This document shows positions 12,054 through 26,783 of a stretch of 64,000 bases of DNA, in pieces. How positions within the stretch are numbered: position 1 is the stretch's first letter; the number at the start of each line of letters is the position of its first letter. The notes under the pieces are model-generated. The model saw only the letters and a program-made list of their open reading frames with translations, searched no databases and had not been told where the DNA came from. The translations under genes were made by a program, and so were the position numbers. Origin of the DNA: Blasia pusilla (lineage: Eukaryota); the NCBI GenBank assembly GCA_050084515.1, contig CM114271.1:36332001-36396000 (forward strand). The letters run 5' to 3'.

Positions 12054-13479
12054 ATGGCTCAAGCAACGTTGCTGTCCCGCAGCTTGACCACGGGTGGCTT
12101 GTCCTGCCAAGTGCAGAACGGAGAGAGCAATCTGAAGGTCCAGTCTACCACCGCGAGGCAACTATCTTCCTTAGGCAGCTCGTCTTTGTCACTGTTCTCC
12201 GCGCAGAGCAGCAAAATCGCGGCCAGCCGTTCCCTCAAGACGTTCGCCCTCTTCAATACGAAGAAGGACGTTCCAAAGAAGGTAAGCATGGGGAGTGATT
12301 TCCGACGCTCATGATGTAGGCCATCGGCAGTGACAGTGCCACACTTCATTGAGCTGCATTTTCTTGGACAGACTCACATTCATGTTCATCTGGACGATTG
12401 GTAGATGAGAGGTATCCGGCTGCCTCTGGATTTGTACTCATATGATGGCTCTTACTAACAAACCACGAGCAACAGTCAGTCCGGTATGTGCGCTCCTGTG
12501 CTGAACGTCAGCTGACGTGATTGGTTGAGAAAGCTGCATTGGCATTATCATTCTAGAGGACGGTTGTGCCGGAATGTCAGCATTACGCACTGTTATCTCA
12601 CTACCAAATACTTCCACATTTGTGAACAGGAGGTGAAGAAAACTTCAGGGAAGTCGACCACAGAGAACGGAATTTTCGGAACCTCTGGAGGAATTGGTTT
12701 CACCAAGCAGAATGAGCTTTTCGTTGGTCGTGTAGCTATGCTCGGATTTGCTGTAAGTATTCCGTGGAAACATACACTCTTTTCTCTTCGACGTGCGAGT
12801 CGTTTCTGTGTTCTTAACAGTTGTATCTCTGCCCGGATCGAGCGCTAACCATCCTGGTCCGCGCAGGCTTCTATCCTGGGTGAGGCCCTGACTGGCAAGG
12901 GTACTCTTGCCCAATTTGACTTCGAGACCGGCATTCCTTTGAACGAGACCGAGCCGTTGTTGCTTTTCTTTATCCTCTTCACTCTCCTCGGAGCCATCGG
13001 AGCTCTAGGTGACAGAGGAAAGTTCGTTGACGACGTCCCTAACACTGGAGGAGTGATTCCCCCCGGAAAGAACTTCAAATCCGCTTTGGGTCTGAATGAG
13101 TCAGGTACCATTGTACTGCGACTATCCTTTCAACGTGTTAACTTCAAGTGTATGGACTTGCTCGTTCTTCGCATGTACTCTGGCTTCGTTAGGATCACCT
13201 AGTAATGATCTGACATATGGTTCACCTGCTACAGGACCAACCTTCGGTTTCACCAAGGCCAATGAATTGTTCGTCGGGCGGCTTGCTCAGCTCGGTATTG
13301 CCTTTTCTATCATTGGGGAGGTGATCACCGGCAAGGGAACTTTGGCTCAGCTCAACATCGAGACTGGCGTGCCCATCAACGAGATTGAGCCCTTGATCCT
13401 TTTCAACGTGATCTTCTTCTTCGTTGCTGCCATCAACCCCGGAACCGGAAAGTTCATCTCCGACGAGGATGAAGATTAA
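12054..13479 (+). CDS. PsbS: Photosystem II 22 kDa protein PsbS (NPQ4), 277 aa including transit peptide
   Basis: Four exons with GT-AG introns: 12054-12281, 12630-12752, 12867-13104, 13235-13479 (834 nt, frame intact). Signature motifs GIFGTSGGIGFTKQNELFVGRVAMLGFA and FGFTKANELFVGRLAQLGIAFSIIGE. Confidence 0.97.
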
Positions 13480-16400
13480 ATTAGCAGTTGCTTAGCAGAT
13501 TCCAAATTTCTACTCATCTAGAAAGGTGTTTGACGACATATTTGCCAAATATCCGATCCTGATCTGGTGTCGCATGGATCGAAAGGGGTGTGGGGATACC
13601 CAGAGGTCTAGGAACCGCGGCATGTAGCGGTAGATAGTATTCGTGGACATGGTTTTGAGATTTGAGTGGACCAAATCTCATGGTAGTTCTCGCAAGGTTA
13701 GGTCATAGAGAGTAGGAACCTAAATTCTCCAAATTCGCAATGCGGGAGATATTTTGTAAGATATGTTTACGAGTGAACAATCATGTTGAGTCTCCTTTCG
13801 CTCCGAGCAAGGATTATGGTTAAACTTCTTACTACATAATTGGACTAGTGTATAGTACGTGCTGTGCAAGTATCAATGGTTCCAAATTATAAATATGTTT
13901 TTTTTCCCTATGTTATAAAAAAATTGGTTTTCGCAAGTCAAGAAAACTAATGATCTTAATAGGAATAACTCATGCCCGATGGAAATCTGCCCTCTCGATC
14001 TTGTCTGCTATATTATAAAGTAACAAATCTATGCACCGCCTCACGAGGTGTTTGGGTCCAACAACTATGAAGATCATGCTCGCACCAAATTCGCCGTTGC
14101 CCTACAATCGTGTATCCGATTATGAGTTTTGCAGCTCCAATTCTCGTGCTTCTTCAAATCACTGCCAAATTGTACTGCTTGCCTCCGTTACTTGCGTCTC
14201 CATATAGCCTCGGTCTTCTCCTAATCTCGGCGGTAATTTCCACAGGAAGGGGAGACGCTCTCCGACTAGACGTACGTCGTAAGTCATCAGTATCCGGAGA
14301 AAAAGGTTAGATGGAATGCAGTTACCAACACAAAGCACTCTACAGAACGACGTGACCATTTCTGCCACGCTAAAGATAATCGCTTACATGATAGACCGGT
14401 TTCCACAATGTAAAGAGTGTCATGATCAAGAAGGCAGCGAGAAAATTTGGCAATTGACGAGACGAAATTAGAAATCGTTGTCCAGCCGGAATAGCTGAGG
14501 TCCCAACGACGAAAATACGCAAAGCACCAAACGAACCAGCGTTGCCAAGTGTCAAAGAGCGCAGGGTGTATCCGAAATTCAGAAAGCCCGCAGTCCAGGA
14601 ACTTCGAGGATCCGCTGGAGAGATAAGAAAGCGAAAGTGTAGCTGCCTGCGGGCCACTGCCTTCGGCCTGGGCCTGCGGACCATGTGAAACCGGAGCAGT
14701 TCACCTGATTCACCTCCCTCGTAAGCCCTGCCCCACCCTTCTTTCATCCGACCAATCTCTGCCAATCGACCTAAACGAAAAGTTTCAAAAATCCGGACAT
14801 CGACGCTGCCGAGCAATGTGTGGCCAATGAGATACCGGTTTCGCATTGATGTCCAGCTGACGCCACGGTAAGACGGAATATTCGCATCGCCTTCGTCCAT
14901 TCACCTGATACGATCTGACGCCGACACGCCACCCTGGAGTCTGGACTACCCTTGTGACAGTGGCCTGTCTTTCGAGTGACTGTCTCGGACGGTGGACTAC
15001 GGGCAGACCTCAACCATTGCAGGGGAACGTTCAAGTTTCCCAACCACGTAAGAGCTAGGAGACGGAACGGAGATCGAGGAAGTGAAGGGGGCTGGAATGG
15101 CGCATCACGGGACCGGGCGGTGTAGTGATCTCCTCCCTTGTCCAAAGCGCGAAGGTTGCAGTTGCACTTTCGCCAATTCGTGCAGGTGTTCATAGAGTGC
15201 TTGGCTTCCCCACCGTGAATGCAGATTTTGACAAAACTATGGAACGTCGATTTGACCCTCCGGACGCTGTGTGAATTTTTCGAGTGATTGGACCAGGGGA
15301 ATGGTACGATTAATGGCTTGCTACTGAATGCGGAGGATATTTGGCATTCCAGGCGCGGGGAAGCAGCACAACCGTTGCAAGTAAGCGCGAAACAAGCACA
15401 ACAGTCGATGGATCGCTCAAAACCACTTCCGGTTGATCAGGAGGAGCAGACAAAGCTGAGTGAATTGCGTGTAGAACCTGCGAGAGACTTCCGCGCTTTC
15501 GTCCCATCGTCCTTTGAGAGAGCCGTTCGCTCGGGGACAGCTACTTCGATCGAGCGCTCCGATCCCGCGGTCAATACTTCGCCATAGACTCTTAGGGAGA
15601 ACTTTGGTCCAGTGAGAGAAAACCCTCCGCGTAAATGTGAAGCACATAGGTTGAGCTAGTGGCATTTCTGACATGGCGATGACCACGTCGATTATGTTGA
15701 TTCAGATTCGAAGTTCCAGAACACCGTTCAATTATTTTCCACCGATCTCGTCTCGCTCCTCGATATGACCACTCAACGTCTTTAGTTTCCCCTGTTGTAC
15801 GAAACGGACATTGACGGTATCTGGGACCTGTTATCCATGCGGTGCGAAGCGCACTGCGTCACACAGTCAAGATCTGCGGGCAGCTTTACGCTGCCCGACC
15901 GTGTGGGGTCACCGTATTGGTGGACGTTTACATTTCACCTAGGACTCGTAGACTTCCGTAGACATACGTCCACTCGGATTCCACCCTAGTTTTGAACAGG
16001 CTCCCGTTTGGTTCGCGACCTCAGTATTGAGACGCCGAGGTTTAGGGCGTTCTCATATGGCCCACCGATCGCGTTAGAATGGACACACTGTTAACTTTAC
16101 ACCACCGGTCTATCGGTTAACTTTCCAGGACCGAACGCAGCTGTGGTGAAGCCATGCGGACCGATGTCGTGCTGGCAATAGATCTGCATGCCACGTGAAT
16201 CGGCAGAAATTTGTACAGTCCGCGCTCTTGAGTGTCATCAGCCCCGGCCACCGAACCTGCCCGCGGTGAAACCGCGATTCAAACCGGTTTGGCATCGGGG
16301 AAAACCTGCTGCTGTCAACGCTGTCCAGCCATTCCAGTCCGAGACGCCTTTATTGTAGGGCCCCAGGTATAGCTTTCGACGCGGGTGGCCCAGTGAGATA

Positions 16401-17870
16401 CGAGGCCTGAGTTGGTCGTACCTTGTAGGTTTCATGAAGAGCGTTTGAGCATGGGCACTGCGATGGGAATGACGGCGTTTCCTGTGGATTCCAGAGCGCA
16501 TCTGTTGGATGTATACGAAGACTGCATCTAGGCTGAAGATGAACCACGAGAAGTGACCTGGTCACTGATATGATGCGATCATTGCGATGTTTGGAAAGCT
16601 TTTCGTGGCTCTTAATGTAGTTGCGATCGGACTACGCGAAGAACACGAACATTCCTTCGGATCACTGAACCGACAGCGCTGCAAAGAGTCCGGAGAGTGT
16701 GCCTGTAGATACGCTCCCTCTATTTGGAAGTTGACGAGGGGGACGACAGCCAAAGTCCCGCGTAGGGCCATACTCCGGCGTGGCGTGGGTGAGGTTGTTG
16801 GCGTCAAACTCTTGGCGCTTTCATGATTGTTCACCGCAGTAAGAAGGCGGATTTCAGCTGGTAACTTACGGAGGATGTCGAGTGCTAATTGGAAGGAGCA
16901 AGGCCCCATACTTCCCCCATTCCCTTCGCACTAGAGGTTGATGGCCGGCAGTGATTGCATGGTGAAGGCGCGTTCGCTGGAGTCCACGACGTACAAAGTT
17001 GGATGCAAGAGTATTCGATCATGACGGCAATCAAGGATTATTGGAACACGGAAGACAATCCTGAGTGCTATGGAATCGATCGACAGAATGACCGACATAT
17101 GGAACGGGACCTGTGCTCTCTTGGCCCGGGAACGACCTGTACTGTGACTGGTAAGGCCTACTCTGACCGGCGTAGAAGGTAACGAAGAGAACATTCCCGG
17201 GAATCGCTGACGCTGGTGAGCGTCCCCACAGAATCCCGGAGTTTAGGAACCAGCGCACATGGAAGCCAAGCAACACGGCCGCGCAACGACTTCCAACTTC
17301 CCCTGTTCCCCACTCTTCGGTTCCATCTCCTCGTTCCGTCCGAATCCTGCAGGCGTTCTTGGTTGACCAACTCTGCTCAGATATCATCGATTTCATAGTC
17401 TCGGAGGAGTGAAAATGGATCTGCCAGCCTACACATTCGTCCATCCTCCGGTCTGGTGCCTTCCCGCCACTCGGATTCTCATGATTACGTCTTCTAAATT
17501 TTCTACATGAATTTCATCCCAAGGTTATCAATCCTGGGAAGAATTTGAGTCGGAATGCCCGTACATAACCGCGACAGGAGAAATGTTGGGAATCTTTCTA
17601 TTGTTTTGAGATCTTGGAGACCTGAAACACTGCTCAGAGGTAGTAACGGTAGATTGTGAAAGCCACAGGGCACCGACAATCAAACTGACTAGCTGCTTCG
17701 CAAATGTCCTCAGCGTCGGCTGTTGAAATCTAATCAGGGATAGTTTATATCAAGTTGCTGGATACCAAAACCAACTCATAGAATATAATGAAGTGGCTCG
17801 TCAGGTTTTCAAAAAACGATCTCCATCGATTTACAATCAATAATGGAACCGCGCGTGTCGATGTGAACAG

Positions 17871-20800
17871 GAACAACCCAGGAAAAAGCCGCAGAACTTA
17901 AATTTCACCGATGGCTATCCAGAGGTCAGGGCTCTGGACTACAGACGAGCATTGAGGGGACCAACCAATTTGGACATATACGCAGGATATCCGGCTTCGG
18001 TAACGCCTACGAGACAGGCTGTGAAAATTGAACACAATGAAACTCAGGAGAATTACGATAATAGCGGTGCATGTGACGCTTGCACGGACAAATTAAGTGG
18101 TCCTCAGCCTCAGTGGCTGAAATTTGATAAGCGGGTAAGCCGCTTCGTCACACCTCAGACGCCTAGTACCCCCAATTCCGGTTCTGCCTATTTATTCTTC
18201 ATGTTAGCTGGTTCTCGCGATTCAGTTTGAACATGACCTAACATAGACGGGTCCCCCGTGACGCTCAATAAACCTCAGAATATCGAAGCTTCGTACGTGC
18301 TGTGGCTATTCGTGCCCTCTAATTTTTCAGGATAGCAGTCTGCTAGATTCCGGTTCAACCTTCACCCTACGTTCAACTTTAACCGCACAATCAGCTCGGA
18401 AAGGTTTTAAGAATCCGCTCGCTACATCTTTGTCACGATCGGATGTAGAAAGAAGCTGCGAGCGCGAAAGAATTCAGAGACTTCTGCATACTGGGATCCT
18501 TTTGTCTCAACTTGCTCCGAGACACATTAACAAAGTGGTTGCCTGCATTGTGGCTGGGCGGGCGGTGTAAACTCAGGTGCTCCGATTCTACGCATACTTC
18601 AAGGAGGGAATAGGTGAGCGTCGCGATGAAAACATGAGAGTCCGTAAATGTACTCTCTATTACTACCTTGCTGACGGCACCATACACGTTGGGGTAAGAA
18701 AACTTTTATTTTATCTGTAACAAAATCTATCAGTCTTCAGCTGTAGCTCATCAAACCTCTCAATATCTACTCGTCTGCAGAAACTATAGGCCTTCAAATT
18801 GCACCTGGAGGGATTATTAAGTTGGTACAAGGTATAAGATGAAATTTGCATGACTCCTTGGCGAAGGGTAGATATCAGCTTGCTTTGTACTATATAGAAA
18901 GACAAATTTGGCGAAATCTCTCGGCAACATGACAAAACTGAATGTTGACTGTTATCTACCTGTGCACGCACATATACACATCGCAAACGAGCAGGAACCG
19001 AGGCAAGACAACAGTGGGCTCCTGCAGGTAATGCATGGAACCCGAAGACTTTGTCTTAAGAAGCGTACACACAATCAGCTATTTCTCAAATCCCCCATTC
19101 ATTCATTCTCTCAAATGAAAGAAAGAAATTTAGCTGAACAGCATATCTTGTTATGCGGATGTTTGGACTAGTGTACCACGTTCGACTGTTTAAACTATTG
19201 GGATTAGCGTCGAGGCGATTAGCGCACCGATCTTGAAAACACTTTAATGAGCTTTGCAGGGCATGTTTTTGAAACGGTTGAAAGTGCCGAATGGAGAAGG
19301 GGGCCTACTCGGGATCAAAGATTTCGTCATTGGAAAGGACATATTGATCTTTGGCCACAGGTTCCATATCGTCTCGTGCGACATCTTTACTAGGGTTGGT
19401 AGTCTCTCCATCTCGCTTTTAAATTACTGGCGCACTTTGTTTCCTACAGTGAAGGGTAATTCCTGTCTAGTATGAGCGGGGAAACTACCTATTTGGTTTC
19501 CATAAAGTCTCCTGCACGGCTAGATTTCCTCGTCACTCACGAGCACACCCCGATAGTAGTCTAGATCTAGGTCTGCCTCCCTCTTTGTGTGGCATAAACC
19601 ATAGTTGGCATGGTCTAATATAATCACTTCCACATTCCTACTTGTTCAAAGTCTGCCGTCGGAAAATTTCCTTATCGATTGAGCTGGATTTGTTGTTCAA
19701 CCCACTTAGTATGACAGCTCACAACCAATCGGGTTAAATCTACGTACAGAGATACTTGCTGAAGAATGGCTATGATCTGGGCAAGGAGGAAATTGCATAT
19801 CCAGGAGAGCCTCTCCAGGATTATCGGAAGAGTCTGCAGAAGGTCATCACCCATGAAATCAAGGACATGGCAGCGAAACAATTTTTAGAGTTGGATGGAA
19901 AGGTTCTACGGTTCTTTTGCATATGGGATGACCGGGAAAATATCTACGGAGCTCGTCGACCTTATGTAAGCCTTCCAATTCTTCACTTGTCTATGTAGCA
20001 AACCAAGCACTAACATACTGGAAAGCCTTCGAAATCTTCATGTGTCTCTCACAACCAAATTAACAATCAAGAGACTGCAACAAGGACTTCGATAAGGTTT
20101 TTAGAATCTCTCCTTGGAGGAGTGTTACTGATCTAGTTAAATGGGGTGTAATTTCGGGTGGACGACGGTCTCCTCCGCAGGGAAGTTCGACCGAAGAGTC
20201 GGGCCAACAGTATGGTCTCCTTCTCTTTCACCTGAAGAGCTAAATTGAGCTCTGAGAAGTTAGGATCTTTCTGTGGCTGACTGATTGAAAACAGGTTGAG
20301 TGCACGATGACAGCGTTGGTTACCAATCAACATTCTTTGTAAGTGAAGTCTGGGAAGTCGACTCAAATTCTCTCGAGGCAAGATACCTCGAATCCAAATG
20401 CTGAACTCTTCCGTGTCCTACATCCCTCAGGTTTTCCACTACTTCTTGGGAGACGACACGGTCGAGATACTGGAAATTCAGGAGCGCAACAGTGGACGAG
20501 CGCCGTTTCCAATGCTCCTCAGGCGTGGTAGACTTCCCAAAGTACTCCCAGACGAGCTTTTAGGTGAAGCATTACTGACACTAATTCTCGCTTTTGGAGC
20601 AAACCAATTTCTGGAAACAAATTGGTGGAACTTCCTGACAATGCTTAAAGAACAGTGGATATTACAAGACCTAAATTACCTCCTGTATAGCTGGTCACCT
20701 CGTTCTTCGAAATTTGCGGAGAACCAGGAATGAGCATAGAAGAAAGTACTGCTAGATTCTTCTAATGGAGACGTTGTTCAGTGGTCGCAAAGGTCTACGT

Positions 20801-23316
20801 AGCAGGAACAGTTGGAAGCTCGTGGGGATTATGTTTGAAATTTCAAATCCCAACTATTTGACTTAGAAACGGGGTCCCAAAAGAAACTGCATTGTGGGGT
20901 CCTTTGGAAGAAGTGAGGCAGCTATTCTCGAAGTAATGTTCGTCACTGAACTGGAACTCCATGCCAAAATCCTCATGACCCTGCAAGTTTGAACAGGCTC
21001 AAAGACCATGATGTACCAGAAACCAAAAGAAGAGTGCTACAGGGACTGTGATTTAATGATCGGCAGCTATGTAAAAGTTTGGAATCGTGATATGCTGCTT
21101 CACGACGCCGATGACTTCACTAAGCAGTACTATAAGACAAAGTACGGTTATACTGACGATATGCTCCAGCCTGTGAATGTCCAGGTAAAGACATTCTCCG
21201 TCAGTATGAGATTCGTAACCCTCTACATGATGGCATCAGAACTCCCGACCTTGCTGTTCATCAATGTTATTAATTTCCTTATCTTCTCTCGTGCCACAAT
21301 TTTTAACGGACACCGTTCTAATCCCGATTCTTTCTCACATTGAGGGATCAGTTGAATCCGAGTGAAGGTATCACCCCAGAGACATCTGTAATAAGTGAGA
21401 AGCACATTCGGTAAACAATTATTCTAGTTGATTACGCAGACCGTTGACGTGGAGGTTGTTATTAATTCGCAGGAGCCAACGCCTGTTCTGGCAAGAATGG
21501 AGGTACCACCGCATAATGGATGGGGAACTGAGATGGACAGTATGATGAATGTAATTCACCTGATGCCGAGATCCTGGCCGAAGGATTTCTTCAAGATGAT
21601 GAACAACGGTGGAAAGGTGATAGGCCTCTTTGCTCTCATGTACACACCACTAGCGCTATTTTGGCTCTCACCTCAATAGAATGAGGTACTATGTGGCACT
21701 AGTGTGATATCGTACAGGATGACAGTATGAATCACACCTGTAGATGAACCGTATACAAGTCTGATGATTCGTGAAAATGTACGCATTCTTAAAGAAGGTG
21801 ACTTTCTGACTTTAGCGTTACCAACATGGATGATGACACGGATCTCGCGCATGTTGCATTCACAGGTTTTGTGCTATGCAGCCAAAATGGTGGAGGATCC
21901 AAATCATTGGGTGTCCCCAGTCGACAAAACGAGGTTTTTCGTGTTCAATGTAAGTATGATAGATTCACTACACAACGTGCCCAAGACATCTTGAAGGCAA
22001 TAAAATCATCTCTGTTGCCTCGGCTTCTTGAAATTGTTCAAGTTCATCAGATTAATCATGTCTTCATGGATTCTGGTAGTCAATGTGCATACACAAAGTG
22101 GAAGCAAAACTGACTTCTCACAACGCACGTTACCACAGTATTATCTGGAGGATGACACGTTAGGTGTTTTCGAGCCTCCAGCGCGGAACTCAGGAATTGT
22201 CAACGGCCGGTATATGCACCGTCAACCATCGCTTCGTAAACCTGGGACTTTGCAACCATATGAACCAGAAGATTTCTACGTGGGCGCAAGAATTGAGCTT
22301 CACGACCGCTTGTTTGACCTTATCAAGGCTGATGACTGGACTCTCAAATTTATGGAGGAGAACTGCGATCGTTTCCCTATGGCCAACTTTGAACTTGTGA
22401 AGAAAAAGGTGCGTTGCAAGTGACGAGGTGAAGAAAGCCCCTCATCTTCACTTCCCATGTTGTCCCGCGAAAGTGGGATCTGGATGCCCCTTCTAGCATG
22501 AAACTTGAGTATGTATGCTTTGCTAGACCATCTACTTCCACCCCACATTCACATGTGGCTGCTTGGTGACTCATTCAAGTAGCACATCAGCAAACGAATA
22601 ATGAGAAGACATTCGTCACATCCTATTAAAATGTCCGAAAACTCATGTCCTGTAATTCTCATGAACTGACAATCGTCAAATTCTTCTACCTCATAAAGCA
22701 CGAACCGCGATCCAGAATGCGCGAAGGATGTAATTTTGACTTCGGATCGGTTTGCTTTGTGTTGGCAGTTGGCCGACCAATTGAGGCAGATACCAGCCGA
22801 TTCGAAAGATGAGTTGAATAGTCAGATGCCTAAAGCGGATATGAAGTGCGAAAGTCCAGGAATTTCCCGACCAACCAGCCCCAGCGTGTAAGTTTGGAAT
22901 TCTGTCAGAACAGTCTGTCGATCTCCTCACCGAAGATTCTTGTCATTAGACTCGGTGAATAAACATCACGATGTGTTGAATTCGCTTGGCATTACATGAA
23001 TTTCCGCAAATCTCTAATTAAGACGATCTCTTGGAATCGCTCTCAACTCCCTTCAATCCCTTGAAGTGCCAACTCTTCATACACTTGAGTGATGACATCA
23101 ACGTTGGTTTCTGGAATATTACTGACTAGTTCGTACCACTTTTCCAGACAACCACCACCGCCACCGGAGAAAGAGCCAGTTGGGAACCTTCTTGCAAGAG
23201 CCGGAGTGAAGTTGACACAGCACGAATTGATCACTCTGGAGCGTGGCTGTGGAACTGTAGGCTCCCTATTTCCAGATTTGCAGTCTCTACTGAAGGAGAT
23301 GATGTCAAGCTCCTGA
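17871..23316 (+). CDS. EFHC1/RIB72-like axonemal microtubule inner protein with three DM10 domains (first exon/start codon unresolved, upstream of 17871)
   Basis: Phase-consistent GT-AG exons: 17871-18134, 18577-18693, 18995-19027, 19260-19394, 19750-19965, 20431-20563, 20997-21184, 21473-21616, 21866-21949, 22139-22408, 22769-22887, 23148-23316. DM10 repeats: [92 protein letters not shown]. Confidence 0.9.
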
Positions 23317-24701
23317 AGGATCATGTGACATGATAGAGTTTGACAGATGAATTTCGTAAGGACAAAATATGTCCTAACATCAGGTTGAGGGTATCGCTCA
23401 CCGTAAACGTTACTGCAGCTTAAGGCTTGTTTTGGTTACTCTCTCAAGAGGTACATCAGTCATCACTCCAGGATTTCCACTAGGTTCTACACACCACCCT
23501 CATCGCAACGAACGTGTAATATCTCAACTTTGTAGGCTACCTGAGTACATTGACAACCTCGTTCACACGTTTCTAGGTAGACTTGGCGGAAGATTCTTTT
23601 CTTTCTTAATGACTTCGAATTCACACTTGTTGAAGTCGGTGGACTCCCACTCCGTATAGTTGAAAGATGCCAGATCATAGAGCAATACTCAATTAACCCT
23701 TCGATGTGGAGAAAAGCTACCGGTCTGAATGAGGATGAAAAAAATTCGAGGTGAGTGAGAAGTACTCTCCCTCCTCAGACTCTCTGTCCTGCTTGCTCAG
23801 ATTCCAAAGTTTCCCTGACCGTGCGAGGCTAAGAATTCCATGTGAGTGGGCACATACCCCCTTCGTACTCTCTGTTCTCCATGGTCACTAAGACTCCAGT
23901 ACCATCGACTCTGCAGTTCATCTTGACAGAATCTGATGATTGAGAGAGAGAGGATGCTCATTCTTAGGCTAGCGGATTGAGAGAGAGAAACTCGTATAGT
24001 TGGGAACGTGCTCTACGGTCAAGGATTAACAATCCATCATCCACGGCGCTGGGCTGGTGTGCTCGCTGGTGTAAGCTGTTGTCAGGCCACGAATACTAGA
24101 GACAGAAGTGAATATCTCCTTAACCAAAACAAAATCGGAGATACATTGTCCCTCCCTCTTGGACGAGCCATCCATGCACGCATCTTCCGATTTGAGCATG
24201 TGCTCAAATCAAACCAATTGAGTTGGAGGTTTGCATAGTCCGAAGGAGATCTGAGTGAACTTTAGCCCGTGCACACTCGGGGATCAAACCACTCCAGATG
24301 ATTTTTCTACCAAACTGGTTTTTCGTCGAAATATAGGCATAGAGTGATTTTCGTACAAATCTCAAGGTTTCTCTATTCATTCAACAAAGATATTGCCTTT
24401 CCCCGGAAAACACTTTTTCTTAGGTATTTTTAGGCGAATTGGAAAATCTCAGCTTGTAATGGACGACTTCACAAAGAACGACGGATCTGATAGCCCCTAG
24501 CGCCATTTAACATGGGACAACCAACGCAAGAACTAGGAAAAGTGATTTGAAGGAAAAGTGATTGAGCGTAACCAAGTTGTAAGAAGAATGCTTGTTGGTC
24601 CTGCTATGTATGGAGCTTTGTACAATTTGGGAAGTTCTCGAATTAAAAGTTGAAAATCACAAAGAATACAAAGTGAAAAGAAGAAGGGGAATCCTACCAT
24701 C

Positions 24702-24856
24702 GAGCTCCCAATTCCATTATTTAATGTTTTAGGGCTGAGCTTCTTTCCCACTAAGGTTTTTCATAAATCAAACTAGCCGGTGCTCCCAACTCCATTATTT
24801 AATGCTTTAGGGTTGAGCTTCTTCCCTACTGAGATTTGCCATAAATCAAACTAGCA
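24702..24856 (+). repeat. Tandem duplication of a unit of about 78 bp
   Basis: gctcccaaYtccattatttaatgYtttaggg...cataaatcaaactagc occurs at about 24702-24777 and 24780-24856. Confidence 0.8.
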
Positions 24857-25139
24857 TGTGCCTTGTTATGCACATGTGATCTTCAAATTTTAAAATGCTT
24901 CTCAGGTTCATTTCCCTTCTTCATTTAATTTAATTCTCTCCTCTTAATTGAATTCTCTCTCTTAAAATGATATGTGTTTACATCATAAAAACCCTTAGAG
25001 AATAGGTGTCACTTTGGCTTTGAAGCAGCGGCTTTTTATTGGCATTTTGTTAGGTGAAGCGAGCTTCTAGCTTAAAGAAATAGTCCAAGAACGCCCGAGG
25101 AGGTTTTCCTCTAACCCCATCCTTTTTTAATTATATAGA
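24851..25139 (-). mobile_element. Probable short non-autonomous Helitron
   Basis: Minus strand begins TCTATATAATTAAAAAAGGATGGGGTTAGAGG and ends ...catgtgcataacaaggcacatgCTAG|T, i.e. TC 5' end, subterminal hairpin and CTAG 3' end. The same 5' ~50 bp recurs on the + strand at 26784-26833. Confidence 0.45.
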
Positions 25140-26783
25140 TGAGGTAGTCTACCGGTATGTTCCTTAGAGTTATGTGAATAACACTAGTCTATGCAAGCTT
25201 TGAATTTTAAATCTATATTTGCATAATGCTCTTTCGATTTTCAATCTCATATGGATATGTGGCACTTTTAGCCACTCACATATTGATATGTGTCTTAGAG
25301 AATTTAGAGTCAATTATAAGACTAATCGAATTAGGGATTGTTTGAAGTATGTGGGGGTAAATTTTTTATGAATTAGAGGCATGGGCTATATTTGAGATTA
25401 ATCACATGTGCTAATAATGGGTAATTCAATACACTCATCATGAGCCTCTCCCGCGTATTGCATGGAAGCCACTAGTTTACTAGTAATTTTTGTTAGATAG
25501 ATAGACATGAGAAATTTTAACTAAAGCTCATTAAGTTACAATTAATAGTAGAAAATTTGTGAATTTTTTTTGATAAAATAGTTTCTGCCATAGAAGTGTG
25601 ATATGAGAAAAAAAGATAGTCATTGAATATTTTGGGTGAATGTTTTCAATGATGGAAATTTGACTTGTCATATATTTGCAACTACACCAAGAAATGGAGA
25701 ACCCCCATCTCAAACCTTTGGGAAAATGTTGCAAAATTTGAATTTAACATGCAAGAAGCTAACATAAATATTTCCAATGATGAAAATTTGAATTTGAAGC
25801 CCTTTCTTTAAAAAAAACACCCCTCATTCTCCCTCATCATTTTTAAAGTTAATTATTTAGAAGGAAAAATAAAAATAATCTAAAAAATTTTAAACTTCCC
25901 CTATTGACAAAGCTTGAAAATCCAAGAAATTCGATTTTTTTAATTTTAGTTTAGAAGACATAAAAAAGAATGAATAGGAGGAAGATTGGGAAAATTTTAA
26001 AACATATATGAATGATTTTAATACAAAAAATAAGGAATGGGAAGGAGACTTGGTAGAATTGTTAAGAGACTGAAAAAAATTCTTATAATAATTCAGAAAA
26101 AAAAAACTTAATCAATAATCTTATATCATCTCTTTTCCCATTTTCCCCTTAGCTTAGTATAGGGTAATATCAAAACACATTCAAGTGTGGAAAGCCTTCG
26201 CACATGGTATGTAGGGAGAGATGATGAAGCATATGCTATCATAAATAATAATATGATGATGAAAATCGATTGATATATTTACGCTGGAAGTTGGAAGGAA
26301 GATGACTCCCACATAAGTTTTGAATTAAACTTTATCTACCTCTTTAAATGAAGTTTCTAAAACCACACATAGGTTTTTAATGTTGTCGTCTTCCCCAATC
26401 AAACAAGAGCACTCTTTAGTAGCTCAATTAGGTGTAGGACGTTTTGTTTTGGCCCATTGCAAAAATCTTTAAACTGTTAGTGGAGAAATTTTGACCCTTT
26501 GAAAAGAAAGAGAGATTTTAGGTACCCTCATTTTCTAAAATTTTATTTTATGTCCTAAAATTGTAACTCTAAACCCATGGTGCTGATCTTAAATTTTTCA
26601 AATGGAACTATCACGAAAACTCCATCTTGATACGGTGTGGTAGATCTTGATTCTTGAGGTATATGAAGTTTACACTTTTTTTTGGACTCTAATACTCATC
26701 CTCTAAGAATTTGGAGTTCCTTGGATAGACTTTGGAGACTGGGCAAGGAACGACCTTGACAAGAGTTCCACATTTGGATATAA

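Noticed and set aside
14370-15193. Minus-strand ORFs of 176 and 140 aa
   Set aside because: No recognisable domain or consistent splice structure; probably chance ORFs in moderately GC-rich intergenic or UTR DNA.
16955-17182. ORF ending MERDLCSLGPGTTCTVT as the first exon of the EFHC1-like gene
   Set aside because: Plausible, but the nearby donor sites are not in phase with the acceptor at 17870, so it cannot be supported without transcripts.
23750-23990. miR156/miR529-like GA-rich motifs (tgacagaa, gagagagag, gtactctct)
   Set aside because: Only short partial matches; no full mature sequence or convincing foldback.
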